The translations under genes were made by a program, and so were the position numbers. Shown here one piece after another: positions 18,458-27,998 of a stretch of 64,000 nt of DNA; within the stretch, counting starts at the first letter, position 1; each line of letters begins with the position of its first letter. Below the pieces are notes generated by a model. The model ran no database searches. It was not told where the DNA came from and saw nothing but the letters and a program-made list of their open reading frames with translations. This DNA is from an uncultured Fibrobacteraceae bacterium (lineage in GTDB: Bacteria > Krumholzibacteriota > Krumholzibacteriia > LZORAL124-64-63): NCBI GenBank assembly GCA_964384825.1, contig CAYLMM010000001.1:38552-102551 (forward strand), given 5' to 3'.

Positions 18458-20530
18458 CTATTGGTGGATGTCGGGGTCGGCGGTCCGCAGCATCCTCTCG
18501 ACGTCCTCGACGCGGCCGACGACGATCAGGCGATCGCGCTCGGTGATCGGCCGCTCGGGATCGGGCAGCTCGTTGTACTTGGGCCCGGAATAGCCCTGGC
18601 GCTTGAAGGCCAGCACCTCGACGTTGAACCGCCGGCGCAGATCCAGTTCGCGCAGCGAGCGCCCCAGGCACATCCGGGGCGGCGTGACAAGCTGCACCCG
18701 GAAGGCGGCGGGCAGGTTGACCGTGTCGCGCGTGCCGCTCTCCTCGTGCGCGAGCTTGATCCCGAAGACCTCCTTGTGCAGCACCTCGCGATTGTAGACC
18801 TCCTGGATGGCCTGCCGGGGCAGGATCCCCACCATCCGCGGGTCGCGGGGCGATTCCAGGACCGGCAGATCCTGCTCGTCGGTGTCGCCGAAGATCAGCA
18901 GGCAGTCCTCCAGATCGTCGTGCCGGTAGCAGACGTGCTCGACCGGCTCGCAGATGTCCGCGGCGATCACGACCTTGCCCAGGCTGTCTTCGTGCAGCAG
19001 GCCCTTGATGTCGTGGATCGACACCTGTCCGGCCAGCTTCCCGCCGGCGTCCACGACGAAGTAGTGGCTCTCGCGATTGCCCAGAAAGAGCTTCAGGATC
19101 TTGTCGAAATCGTAATGCTCGGGCAGGGTCGGCGGGTTGACCTCCATCACGTCCTGCGCGTGGTAGCTCTTCAGGATGGCGCTCTCTCGGCCGAAGTTCA
19201 GCCGCCGCCCCTGCAGCGCGAACTTCATGGTGAAGATGCTGTCGGTCATCAGGCCCTGGCTGACCAGCGTGCCGATGATGCAGGCGAGCATCAGCGGCAG
19301 GATGATCGAGTATTCCCCGGTCATCTCGAAGAGGATCAGGATGGCGGTGATCGGCCCGCGCGTGGCGGCGGCCACCATCGCGGCCATGCCCACCATCGTG
19401 AACGCGCCCACGCTGACGCCCAGCCACGGCTGCAGCAGGGCGCCGAAGGCCCCGCCGAGCATCGCGCCCAGGAACAGGGCCGGAGCGAAGATGCCGCCCG
19501 AGAATCCCGAGCCCAGGGTCAGATCGACGGCCGCGAGCTTCACGAAGAACAGCAGCAGCATCAGCTGCCAGCCCATCTGGCCGCCCAGGGCCTCGACGTT
19601 GGTGGCGTAGCCGATCCCGTAGACCTGCGGGAACCAGATCAGCAGCAGGCCCAGCGGCACCGCGCCCAGCAGGGGCTTGAGAGGCTCGGGGAATCGCAGC
19701 CGGTCGAAGAAGCCCTCGGTGGCGTAGAGCGATTTCACGTAGAGCACGCTGCCCAGGCCCACGATCGCGCCCATCACCGCGTAGGCCGGGAAATCGGTCC
19801 AGGCGGCGATCGAGAAGCCCGGCACCGGGAAGGCCGGATTCACGCCCAGGAAATGGCGGCTGATGGCGGTCGCGAGCACGCTGGCCACGATGATCGGGCT
19901 GAAGGTGACGATGGCGAAGTCGCGCAGGATGATCTCCAGCGCGAAGAAGGCGCCGGCGATCGGGGCGTTGAACGTCGCGGCGATGCCGGCCGCCGCCCCG
20001 CAGCCGACCAGGGTCCGCATCCGCTGCGGCGAGAAGCGCAGCCACTGGCCGAAGGTGCTGGCCATGGCCGCGCCGATCTGGATGATCGGGCCCTCGCGCC
20101 CGACCGATCCGCCCAGAGCGATGGTCACCGCGCTGGCGACGATCTTCACCGCGGCGACGATCGGCCGGATCAGCCCGTTCTTGAAGACGACGGCGTTGAT
20201 GACCTCGGGCACGCCGTGGCCCTTGGCCTCGCGCGCGAACCAGTGGACCATCGGCCCGACCACGATCGCGCCGATCACCGGCAGCAGGACGCGCTTCCAC
20301 CAGGGCACCGTCGCGAGCAGGGCGACGACGTCCTCGCCGCGACCGATGGCCATCCCCTGGAAGAACTGCACCATCCAGCGGAACAGGATGGCGCCGAAAC
20401 CGCCGATCACTCCGATCACGGCGGCCGATATGATCATGACGGTCGTCTCGTCGGGGGCGAAGCGGTCGAATATGCGGTCGGCCAGGCGGCTGACGCGGGC
20501 GGGCGGGGACCCGTCGGATCCGCGGGACAT
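18458..20530 (-). CDS. ClC family chloride/proton antiporter with C-terminal CBS and TrkA-C-like domains
   Basis: GSGIP-like and GREGP (GGSVGREGP) selectivity motifs. Multiple TM helices. Start MSRGSDGSPP. Confidence 0.85.
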   Translation of the reverse strand: MSRGSDGSPPARVSRLADRIFDRFAPDETTVMIISAAVIGVIGGFGAILFRWMVQFFQGMAIGRGEDVVALLATVPWWKRVLLPVIGAIVVGPMVHWFAREAKGHGVPEVINAVVFKNGLIRPIVAAVKIVASAVTIALGGSVGREGPIIQIGAAMASTFGQWLRFSPQRMRTLVGCGAAAGIAATFNAPIAGAFFALEIILRDFAIVTFSPIIVASVLATAISRHFLGVNPAFPVPGFSIAAWTDFPAYAVMGAIVGLGSVLYVKSLYATEGFFDRLRFPEPLKPLLGAVPLGLLLIWFPQVYGIGYATNVEALGGQMGWQLMLLLFFVKLAAVDLTLGSGFSGGIFAPALFLGAMLGGAFGALLQPWLGVSVGAFTMVGMAAMVAAATRGPITAILILFEMTGEYSIILPLMLACIIGTLVSQGLMTDSIFTMKFALQGRRLNFGRESAILKSYHAQDVMEVNPPTLPEHYDFDKILKLFLGNRESHYFVVDAGGKLAGQVSIHDIKGLLHEDSLGKVVIAADICEPVEHVCYRHDDLEDCLLIFGDTDEQDLPVLESPRDPRMVGILPRQAIQEVYNREVLHKEVFGIKLAHEESGTRDTVNLPAAFRVQLVTPPRMCLGRSLRELDLRRRFNVEVLAFKRQGYSGPKYNELPDPERPITERDRLIVVGRVEDVERMLRTADPDIHQ

Positions 20531-20739
20531 CTTTCTCTCCAGTCGAAAATCGCGATTGCGACGCCTGCGGGGCGAGGCGCGGGCGTCCGGCGGGCGTAAC
20601 TTGTCATATGGCGTCGGCCGCGTCAACAACCAGGACGCCGATTCTCGCATATCGAAAAACCAAGTGTCGCCAATCCCGCCCGCGGCGGCTATCGTAGCCG
20701 CTGGCTCGGCCGTGCCGGCCGGCCGGAAAGCGAGAGCGC

Positions 20740-23433
20740 ATGAGGGAACGGGACAACGGGGAGCGCCGGCGCGTGGGAACGGCCGTGGTCGCCGAGCTGG
20801 ACAACGGGTTGCGCGTCGTCGTCCACGAGGATTATCGATCCCCGGTCGCGGTCTGCAACGCCTGGGTGCGCGTCGGCTCGAATCTCGAGACGGACGCCGT
20901 CCGGGGATGGGCCCACGGCATCGAACACATGCTGTTCAAGGGCACGGCGCGCCGGGCGGAGAACGATTTCGCGATGGAGGTCGCCGAGATCGGCGGCACC
21001 ACCAACGCCGGCACCGGCTACGAGACGACCAACTACCATATCACCGTGCCGGCCGAGAACCTTTCCCGAGCGGTGGACATCCTGGCCGACGCCCTGCTGC
21101 ACGCCTCCTTCGAACCCGACGCCCTCGACTCCGAGCGGCAGGTGCTGGTCCACGAGAACCACATGTACGACGACATGCCGTCGGGCTTCGGCGTGACCTG
21201 GCGCTGGGCGCTGGAGACGGCCTTCGACCGCAGCCCCTACCGGCATCATATCGGCGGTCCGGACTCGAGCCTGCTCGAGACGCCGCGCGAGGCGATCCTC
21301 GACTTCTACCGATCCGCCTACGATCCAGCGAACATGACCGTCGTGGTGGCCGGAGCGGTGTCGGCCGACGATGTCCTGCCGCTGATCGAGCGTAAGTTCG
21401 CGACCGAAGGCCGGCCGCGTTCCGCCCCGCTGCCGCAGCCGCCGGTCGAGCCCCCCCACGAGGCCCTGCGCTACCGGATCGAGAACGGCGACATCCAGCG
21501 GGCCTACGGGAAGATCGTCTTCCCGGGACCGGCCGCCGGCAGCCCCGACCGGGCCGTCCTGGCGGTGATCCGGCAGGTGCTGGCCGACGGGCGGAGCTGC
21601 CGCCTGCACCGGCGCGTTCAGCAGGAGATGGAACTGGTCAACGCGATCACCCTGCTCGACGAATCTGGCCCCCGCGAGGGGATCATGATGGTCGACTTCG
21701 AATGCGACCCCGCCAAGGCCGCCGCGGTCGTCGACGCCGTCGCGACCATCCTGCAGGAGATGCGCGACGAACCGCCCACCGTGGCCGAGCTGACCAAGGC
21801 CAAGATCCGCGCCGAGCGGGCGCATCTGTTCGCGCTCGAGACGGTCCAGGGCCAGGCCGCGACCCTCGGCTGGCACGACGCGATGGGCGACATCGCCACA
21901 GCCTTCACCATCCCGCAGAGGATCGCCGCGGTCACCGGCGATGACGTCCGCCGCGTCTGCAACGACATCTTCCGCCGAAGCAACGCTTCGGTGCTGATCT
22001 ATCTGCCGCGGGACGAACGGCCCGCCGACATCGGCCTGCCCGGAACGGCCGCCGAGATGGACGAACGCCTCGCCGGGATGCTGGCCGACCGGCCGGCCCG
22101 GCCCGTCGAGACGAAAGCCTCGCCGGTCGAGATCTCGGTCGCGGCCGCGGCCGCGCGCGGCTCGGCGCTGAAAAGCGAGATCCCGTTCGTCGACGTCCCG
22201 CTGAACGGCGGCGGCAGACTCTTCTGCCGCAGCGATTCCTCGCAGCCGCTGATCTGCCTCGGCGCGCACGTCGCCGGCGGCGTCTGGCTGGAGCCCGCGG
22301 GGCTCGAGGGGCTGTCCGCCCTGACCCTGTCGGTGCAGGCCAAGGCCGCCGTGGGCGAGACCCCCGCCGCCCTGCAGGAGATCGTGGAGGGCCACGGCGC
22401 CTCGCTCAGCCCCTTCGCCGCGAGCGATCATTCGGGTCTCTACCTCACGGGCCTGACACGGCACCTCCCGCTGCTGATGCGGCGGCTGTCTCGGCTCTGC
22501 GGCGTCCCGGCCTTCGCGCCGGAGGAAATCGAGAAGGAACGCCGTTTCGCGCTGGAGGATCTGGCCTCGCTGGCCGACGACACCTTCCAGTTCGCCGCCC
22601 GCGCCCTACGCGAAGCCGTCTATGCGGGGCACCCCTACGGGCACCCCCTGATGGGGACGGAGGCGTCCCTCCCGCGGATCGTCCCCGCGGACCTGACCGA
22701 CCACCACCGACGCATCTGGACCCCGCCGAACGTGACGATCGTGGCCTCGGGAGACGTGACGGCCGAAATCCTGGCTCCGCTCTGCGAGGAACTGCTCGAC
22801 GGCCTGCCCCGCGGCTCGGCGCCCGAACTGCCCGCGGCCCCGGATCTCGTCCGGCCGCAGGCCCCGGTCTTCCGCCGGCTGGAACGCGACGTGAGCCAGA
22901 GCGTCGTGCTGGCGGCCTGGATCGGCCCCGAGGGGCCGAACGAGGACCGCGCCGAGCTCTCCCTGCTGCGCGCGCTGCTCAACGGCCAGAGCGGACGGCT
23001 CTTCGAACAGCTGCGCAACCGGCGCTCGCTGTGCTACTCCAGCGGCGTCCAGACCTCGGCCGGTTTCGGAACGGGAATGACGGTGGCCTTCGTGATGACC
23101 GACCCCGGGCAGGAGCAGCAGGCGCGCGAAGCCCTGGCGGCCGAACTGGCGGCGACGGCCGAAACGACGGCTCCGGACGTCGAATTCGAGCGGGCGCGGG
23201 CTCGTTTGATCGGCAATCTGCTGATTTCGCGCCAGTCGGCGGCTTCGCGGGTGGGAGCATGCGCGCGGGACGTTCTCTACGGACGCGGGCCGAACGATTT
23301 CGACCGCCTGCTCGAGCAGTTGCGACAGACGACGCCGGCGGCGGTGCGCGATGCGGCCGCGCGGATCTTCGACCGTCCGGGCCGGTACGAAATCGTCGTG
23401 GGACCGCCCCTCGACCGGGAACGGCCCCTTTAG
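20740..23433 (+). CDS. Zinc metalloprotease, M16 (pitrilysin) family. This is a fused two-unit enzyme.
   Basis: HGIEHMLFKG is an inverted zincin HxxEH motif, followed by a downstream glutamate region. 897 aa comprising two M16 units. Confidence 0.8.
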   Translation: MRERDNGERRRVGTAVVAELDNGLRVVVHEDYRSPVAVCNAWVRVGSNLETDAVRGWAHGIEHMLFKGTARRAENDFAMEVAEIGGTTNAGTGYETTNYHITVPAENLSRAVDILADALLHASFEPDALDSERQVLVHENHMYDDMPSGFGVTWRWALETAFDRSPYRHHIGGPDSSLLETPREAILDFYRSAYDPANMTVVVAGAVSADDVLPLIERKFATEGRPRSAPLPQPPVEPPHEALRYRIENGDIQRAYGKIVFPGPAAGSPDRAVLAVIRQVLADGRSCRLHRRVQQEMELVNAITLLDESGPREGIMMVDFECDPAKAAAVVDAVATILQEMRDEPPTVAELTKAKIRAERAHLFALETVQGQAATLGWHDAMGDIATAFTIPQRIAAVTGDDVRRVCNDIFRRSNASVLIYLPRDERPADIGLPGTAAEMDERLAGMLADRPARPVETKASPVEISVAAAAARGSALKSEIPFVDVPLNGGGRLFCRSDSSQPLICLGAHVAGGVWLEPAGLEGLSALTLSVQAKAAVGETPAALQEIVEGHGASLSPFAASDHSGLYLTGLTRHLPLLMRRLSRLCGVPAFAPEEIEKERRFALEDLASLADDTFQFAARALREAVYAGHPYGHPLMGTEASLPRIVPADLTDHHRRIWTPPNVTIVASGDVTAEILAPLCEELLDGLPRGSAPELPAAPDLVRPQAPVFRRLERDVSQSVVLAAWIGPEGPNEDRAELSLLRALLNGQSGRLFEQLRNRRSLCYSSGVQTSAGFGTGMTVAFVMTDPGQEQQAREALAAELAATAETTAPDVEFERARARLIGNLLISRQSAASRVGACARDVLYGRGPNDFDRLLEQLRQTTPAAVRDAAARIFDRPGRYEIVVGPPLDRERPL

Positions 23434-23451
23434 GCGGGATCGGCCGCGCGG

Positions 23452-23811
23452 CTAATCCATGACCGGGAAACGATCGGGATCGTCCCCCATGTCGATCAGG
23501 TAGGTGTCCCGGCTGAAATATGTCCGATGCCGGGTACCGGCCGGGATGCTGTAGACATCGCCCGACTGGAAATACTCGGTCTTGCCTTCGATCTCGAGCG
23601 TCATCTCGCCGGAGACCACCAGGCCCGTCTGCGTGCTGTGGGAATGGTCCGGAACCGAAGCGCCCTCGGGAAACATCATGAAGAGGACCTGCTTCTCCCG
23701 GTTCCGCAGGGAGTATCCGCCGGCGCCGGAAACGGGGATCTCGACACGGGGAAGCCCGAGAATGTCTTCGGGCCAGAAGGTGCTGCGAAGTTCGGATTTT
23801 TCGATCACCAT
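23452..23811 (-). CDS. Cupin domain protein
   Basis: 119 aa with two conserved-His motifs (PDHSHS, GTRH) typical of the cupin beta-barrel. Confidence 0.55.
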   Translation of the reverse strand: MVIEKSELRSTFWPEDILGLPRVEIPVSGAGGYSLRNREKQVLFMMFPEGASVPDHSHSTQTGLVVSGEMTLEIEGKTEYFQSGDVYSIPAGTRHRTYFSRDTYLIDMGDDPDRFPVMD

Positions 23812-23934
23812 GCACTGCCCTCCTGCGCGAGCTGGGAATTGGATGGCCTTCGACCCTGTCCAGACAGGTTACCCCAACAGCCGTCGATGGCAAGCCGGCC
23901 GGAGCCCGAAGCCCCGAAAACCCCTTTTACGGGA

Positions 23935-24411
23935 TCATGGACGGTAGTCCGCGCCCCGCATGGGAAGCGCCGGCGGGCCGTCCACCCATTCCGACTCCAC
24001 GATCTCACCGAGGAAGCAGTCGTGATCCCCGGCCGGGAAACGGCCGGCCGAACGGCAGAGGAACCGGGCGGCGCAGCGCGCCAGGGCCGGCGTGCGGTCG
24101 CCGAGCAGGACGTGGTCGGTCTCGGACCATTTGTCGCGGTCGCGCTGGGAATGCATGCCGAAGAGGCGCGCCTCGTCCAGCTGGCCGGCCACCGGCAGCG
24201 AGACGGTGAATTCCTCGGCCGCGGCCAGCAGCTCGTGGCTGTGCCGGTCCGGGGAGACGGAGATCATCAGCAGGGGCGGATCGGTGGCGACGCGCGAGAG
24301 CCAGGCGACGGTCAGTCCGCCGCGGCGATCGCCGTCGCGCACGCCGACCACGGCCACCGGCGCGGGCATCAGATTCAGGACATCGTCATGGGTACGGGTA
24401 TCCGCGGACAT
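23935..24411 (-). CDS. Flavin reductase-like (FMN-binding split barrel) protein
   Basis: MSADTRTHDDVLNLMPAPVAVVGVRDGDRRGGLTVAWLSRV is typical of HpaC/flavin reductase family N-termini. Confidence 0.7.
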   Translation of the reverse strand: MSADTRTHDDVLNLMPAPVAVVGVRDGDRRGGLTVAWLSRVATDPPLLMISVSPDRHSHELLAAAEEFTVSLPVAGQLDEARLFGMHSQRDRDKWSETDHVLLGDRTPALARCAARFLCRSAGRFPAGDHDCFLGEIVESEWVDGPPALPMRGADYRP

Positions 24412-24467
24412 GATTCCTCCCGGCAAGAGACGACTGCATCGATGATGATGGGAAAATATGAGCAACG

Positions 24468-24501
24468 GGCCCCGGCGTCGAGAGAATCCGACGCGGGGCC
24501 C
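24468..24501 (-). terminator. Putative terminator hairpin downstream of the sensor kinase gene
   Basis: Imperfect 13-bp GC stem, GGGCCCCGGCGTCG...CGACGCGGGGCCC. On the minus strand it is followed by the U-rich CAUAUUUUCCC. Confidence 0.35.
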
Positions 24502-24526
24502 GTCCGGACGAGGAACGATCTGCGCC

Positions 24527-26188
24527 TCAAACCCCGGCGGGTTCAGGCTCCGGAATCCGGAGCGATGCGGGAATGCGGAATGTGAAGCATGCACCTTCCC
24601 CTTCGCGGCTTTCGACTCCGATCGTCCCTCCCAGCGCCAGCACCAGCTTGCGGCTGATATCCAGCCCCAGCCCGGTGCCTCCATGCTTGCGTGTCGTGCC
24701 CCGTTCGGCCTGGCTGAAGGCGTCGAAGATCGTGGCCAGGCGGTCGGCGGGAATCCCGCGGCCGGTGTCTTTGACGTTGACCTCGATCATCCGCCCGGCG
24801 ACCGGACGGCAGGCGATCGTCACGCTGCCGCGGTCGGTGAACTTCACGGCGTTGCCGACGAGGTTCATCAGGATCTGACGGACGCGCGTCGGATCGCCCT
24901 GCAGTTCCCCGGCAACGCCGGGATCGATCTCGACCAGCATCTCGATCCCCTTGTCGCGGGCCGACGGCTTGAAGACCGAGGCGATCTCCGCGGCCATTTC
25001 GCGCAGGTCGTAAGGGATCATTTCCAGTTCCAGACGCCCGGCCTCGATCTTCGAGAGGTCGAGCACGTTGTTGATCAGCGAGAGCAGCACCTGGCCGCTC
25101 TCCTTGATCGAGCCGGCGAATTCCCGCGACTCGTCGGGCGTGACCGACGACATCGTCAGCAGGTCGGCGAAACCGATGACGCAGGTCAGCGGCGTGCGGA
25201 TCTCGTGCGACATCGACGCGAGGAACATGCTCTTGGTGCGGTTCGCCCGCTCGGCCTCGGCCCGGGCGCGCTGGGCCTCGCCCAGGGCCGCCTCCAGGGC
25301 CTCCTTGGCCTGCGCCAGATCGTTGGCCGTCTGCTCCTGCAGGATCAGGGCCTCGCGGGTCTCGGTGGTGGACCGCAGCAGCTTCTCGGTGTAGCCGCGG
25401 ACCAGCGTCGCGACCCGCAGCTCGAGCGCCGTGTTCAGCTGCTGGCTGTACTCGTCGGAGGCGTGGCGGCCGGCCATGCGGGCGAGCAGCTCCACCATCC
25501 GCTTCTGCGGTTCGACCGGCTCGTCGAGGGCGTGGCCCGCCAGGATCCCGATGCCTGTCCTGGATCCGTCGTAGCTCAGCATGATCGGTGCGGCCCAGAC
25601 GATCCCGCCGCACCCCTCGCAACGCCAACCGGTCGCGTCGGCCAGACGGGGCAGCTCGGAAACCGTCTTCTCCAGATGGCTGCGGCAGGCGTCGCCGCAA
25701 CGGGACAGGATCGGCAGCTGGGCCGGACTGTTCCCTGCCGGGCGCCGGCAATCGTCGTCGCGAAGGTAGAGCAGGGTCTGCAGGCCGGTGGCCTGCGCCA
25801 GGGCGTGGCGCCAGAAGGTGACCTCGGCCAGATCGAGCACCGACTCGGGCAGGACGCTCCGGATCGGCAGGATCCGGCCGTTGCGCAGCAGCTCCAGATG
25901 CAGTCTCCGGTCGCGGTAATGCAGTTCGAGCGCGTTCTGGACATCGCCGTCGAGCACGTCGCTCAGCTCGTCGCTGAAGGTCTGGATCTCCAGGCGCTCC
26001 TTCTCGAGCCGGGCCTTCTCGGCTTCCAGACGGTGTACCCGCTGTTCCAGCTCCTCCATCCTCCGGCGTTCGTCGGTCTTGAGCCGGGAATTCGGCGACA
26101 GATGGCCGCCGCCGTCCGCGGCCCCGTCCTGCGGAGCGCCATGGGGAATCAAGTCGATGGTGTGCTGGGTCATGGCTCCATCCAACAT
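24527..26188 (-). CDS. Sensor histidine kinase (HisKA + HATPase_c)
   Basis: H-box SHEIRTPL, N-box NLVGNAVKFT, G-boxes DTGRGI and GGTGLGL. The N-terminal region is coiled-coil and Cys-rich. The alternative start is MTQHTIDL at 26173. Confidence 0.82.
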   Translation of the reverse strand: MLDGAMTQHTIDLIPHGAPQDGAADGGGHLSPNSRLKTDERRRMEELEQRVHRLEAEKARLEKERLEIQTFSDELSDVLDGDVQNALELHYRDRRLHLELLRNGRILPIRSVLPESVLDLAEVTFWRHALAQATGLQTLLYLRDDDCRRPAGNSPAQLPILSRCGDACRSHLEKTVSELPRLADATGWRCEGCGGIVWAAPIMLSYDGSRTGIGILAGHALDEPVEPQKRMVELLARMAGRHASDEYSQQLNTALELRVATLVRGYTEKLLRSTTETREALILQEQTANDLAQAKEALEAALGEAQRARAEAERANRTKSMFLASMSHEIRTPLTCVIGFADLLTMSSVTPDESREFAGSIKESGQVLLSLINNVLDLSKIEAGRLELEMIPYDLREMAAEIASVFKPSARDKGIEMLVEIDPGVAGELQGDPTRVRQILMNLVGNAVKFTDRGSVTIACRPVAGRMIEVNVKDTGRGIPADRLATIFDAFSQAERGTTRKHGGTGLGLDISRKLVLALGGTIGVESREGEGACFTFRIPASLRIPEPEPAGV

Positions 26189-26343
26189 TTACGACATATC
26201 AGCAAGAGCATGAGAGCCGTAGCCACCCCTCAGGATCGGCCCGCCGTCTCATTTGATGTCACACGATCATTCTTCGGTCGCGGAGGTCCGGACTTGAGGT
26301 CTAAAAACGGGATGATGAAGGAAGATAGGAGGGATCGGCCCGC

Positions 26344-26922
26344 TCAGGCGTGGCCGTTGCGGCCCAGATCGTTGAAGAGGTCCAGCTGCGGGGCGTGGGG
26401 AGGCAGTTTGATAGCCCGCAGAACATTCGGGATCCATTCGTCGCGGCCCAGGGGATCGAGCCTCAGGTTCGGCACGCTCCACTCCTCGAGCAGGTCCGCG
26501 ATCAACGCGTCCACGCCCATCTGGAACTCAACCGAGGTGTCGCGGGTCCCGTCGAAGGAAGGCGCCTGGACCACCGGCACCCGCACCAGTTGCGTGTAGG
26601 TTCCCAGCCACTCCCGCAGGAACGGCTCGAGATGATCCTGCCGCCCGCTGGCGTGCACCATGTAGGCGTAGTTGTCCAGCACCGACCGGTCGCAGACGAT
26701 CGCCTCGTACAGATGGGTCAGCTCGATCTCCCGCGCCACCTGGGTGTGAAGGATCCACTCCTGGGCGCCGGCGGTGGTGTCGCGGTTGATCGGCAGGGGA
26801 CAATGACGGGCCACCTCCTTGACGACGTCGACGCTGATGTCGAGTCGCTTCAGACAGGCGGCCAGTTCGAAGCAGAGCGTCGTCTTGCCGACGCCGTGGG
26901 TGCCGATGAACGCGATCTTCAT
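26344..26922 (-). CDS. P-loop NTPase (AAA_28/NadR-kinase-like small ATPase)
   Basis: Walker A MKIAFIGTHGVGKTTL. 192 aa. Confidence 0.6.
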   Translation of the reverse strand: MKIAFIGTHGVGKTTLCFELAACLKRLDISVDVVKEVARHCPLPINRDTTAGAQEWILHTQVAREIELTHLYEAIVCDRSVLDNYAYMVHASGRQDHLEPFLREWLGTYTQLVRVPVVQAPSFDGTRDTSVEFQMGVDALIADLLEEWSVPNLRLDPLGRDEWIPNVLRAIKLPPHAPQLDLFNDLGRNGHA

Positions 26923-27070
26923 GATTGGGGACGATAACCGGCTGCGGCCTGCAAGTCCAGAGGTCGATGTTGATGGCGACGCCGGGGGCCATGCCGGCGC
27001 ATAGCCACGAGGCGCTGAGGCGAAGCCGAAGCCGCCGCCTCACGCCATTTGCGGTTGTGTTGGGGGGGGT

Positions 27071-27226
27071 GCGGGGGCGGGGATGCGGGGTGGGGGTCTG
27101 CGGAAGGCGTCGAGAGGGCGGCGCAGCCAGGATGGCGGAGCCGCCCGAACGCCGAGGCGAGCCGGCACAGGATGTGCCGGCGAAGCCGCCCTTCAGCAGA
27201 CCCCCACCCCGCATCCCCGCCCCCGC
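27071..27226. repeat. Perfect 31-bp inverted repeat flanking a 94-nt structured spacer. Candidate MITE or structured RNA element.
   Basis: Arm 1, 27071-27101: GCGGGGGCGGGGATGCGGGGTGGGGGTCTGC. Arm 2, 27196-27226, is the exact reverse complement. The spacer contains nested palindromes GCCGGCACA-GGA-TGTGCCGGC and GGCGG-AG-CCGCC. The G-tracts are compatible with a G-quadruplex on either strand. Confidence 0.6.
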
Positions 27227-27239
27227 CAACGGGCCTCCA

Positions 27240-27653
27240 TCAAAGCCCCAAAACCCTTTCGGCCTCCGCGAACTCATCGCCCCGGACCTGCAGGATGTAC
27301 CCGTACCCGCCCTTCCCGTCGCTCACGCCGCTGGAGCTGATCACGTTGATCTTGGCGTCGCAAAGCCGCTGATGGAGATCGACCAGGGCGCCCAGTTCGT
27401 CATCCCCCTGGATCAGGAACGCGCGGTGCGGGCCCTGGAGAATCAGCCCCGACTTGTTCGCGACCCGGGCCAAGCGCGACGAGCTCAGCGGATAGATCAC
27501 CAGCTGGGTCTTCTTCGGGCCGGCGGGCAAGGCCGTGAACGCGAGCAGGTTCACCTCCTCGGAGGCGAGCCGCTCGAGCAGGCGGCAGGCCTGGCCGGGC
27601 TCGTCTTCCACGATCGTGAAGTAGTACTCGACGCTGTGGATGTTGGCAGACAT
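27240..27653 (-). CDS. Hypothetical protein with an internal duplication, ACT-like
   Basis: 137 aa from MSANIHSV. Two similar halves (VNLLAFTALPAG... and INVISSSGVSDG...) suggest tandem ACT-like folds. The alternative upstream start is at 27686. Confidence 0.4.
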   Translation of the reverse strand: MSANIHSVEYYFTIVEDEPGQACRLLERLASEEVNLLAFTALPAGPKKTQLVIYPLSSSRLARVANKSGLILQGPHRAFLIQGDDELGALVDLHQRLCDAKINVISSSGVSDGKGGYGYILQVRGDEFAEAERVLGL

Positions 27654-27998
27654 CGGATCCTCCTCCCGGCACGGTCCCGCCCGCACGAGCGTCGCGGGGC
27701 GTCCGCCCCCACATCCGAGAATACCATCGCCCCGCGCAGCCGCAACCCGGGGCCCGGGGACGGCGGGCGGACGGCGATATAATGGATATTGATTTCAGAA
27801 ATCGTTCAAGCCGGGATTCCCGCTTCCGAAACCGGATTAATCGCGGGTTCCGGTCGGCCAAAAGCCTCCCCGCCCAAAGGCGAACAGACCGGATCCCGCG
27901 ATGATCGATAAACTCGACTCGCCCTTCTGCCATGAAGATCCGGATCGCTCCGCTGCCGTCGCCCGCCGGGCCGCGGATGGAGCGAGCAGGGGGTTCCG

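Noticed and set aside
23812-23934. Short palindrome CCTGTC-CAGA-CAGG and a pseudo-hairpin CCGAAAACCCCTTTTACGG downstream of the flavin reductase gene.
   Set aside because: The stems are short or imperfect and too weak to call a terminator with confidence.
26923-27239. Short plus-strand ORFs in the G-rich intergenic region (27049-27372, 27083-27340).
   Set aside because: They run through the inverted repeat and give homopolymeric Gly/Arg/Pro translations, which are artefacts of the G/C tracts.
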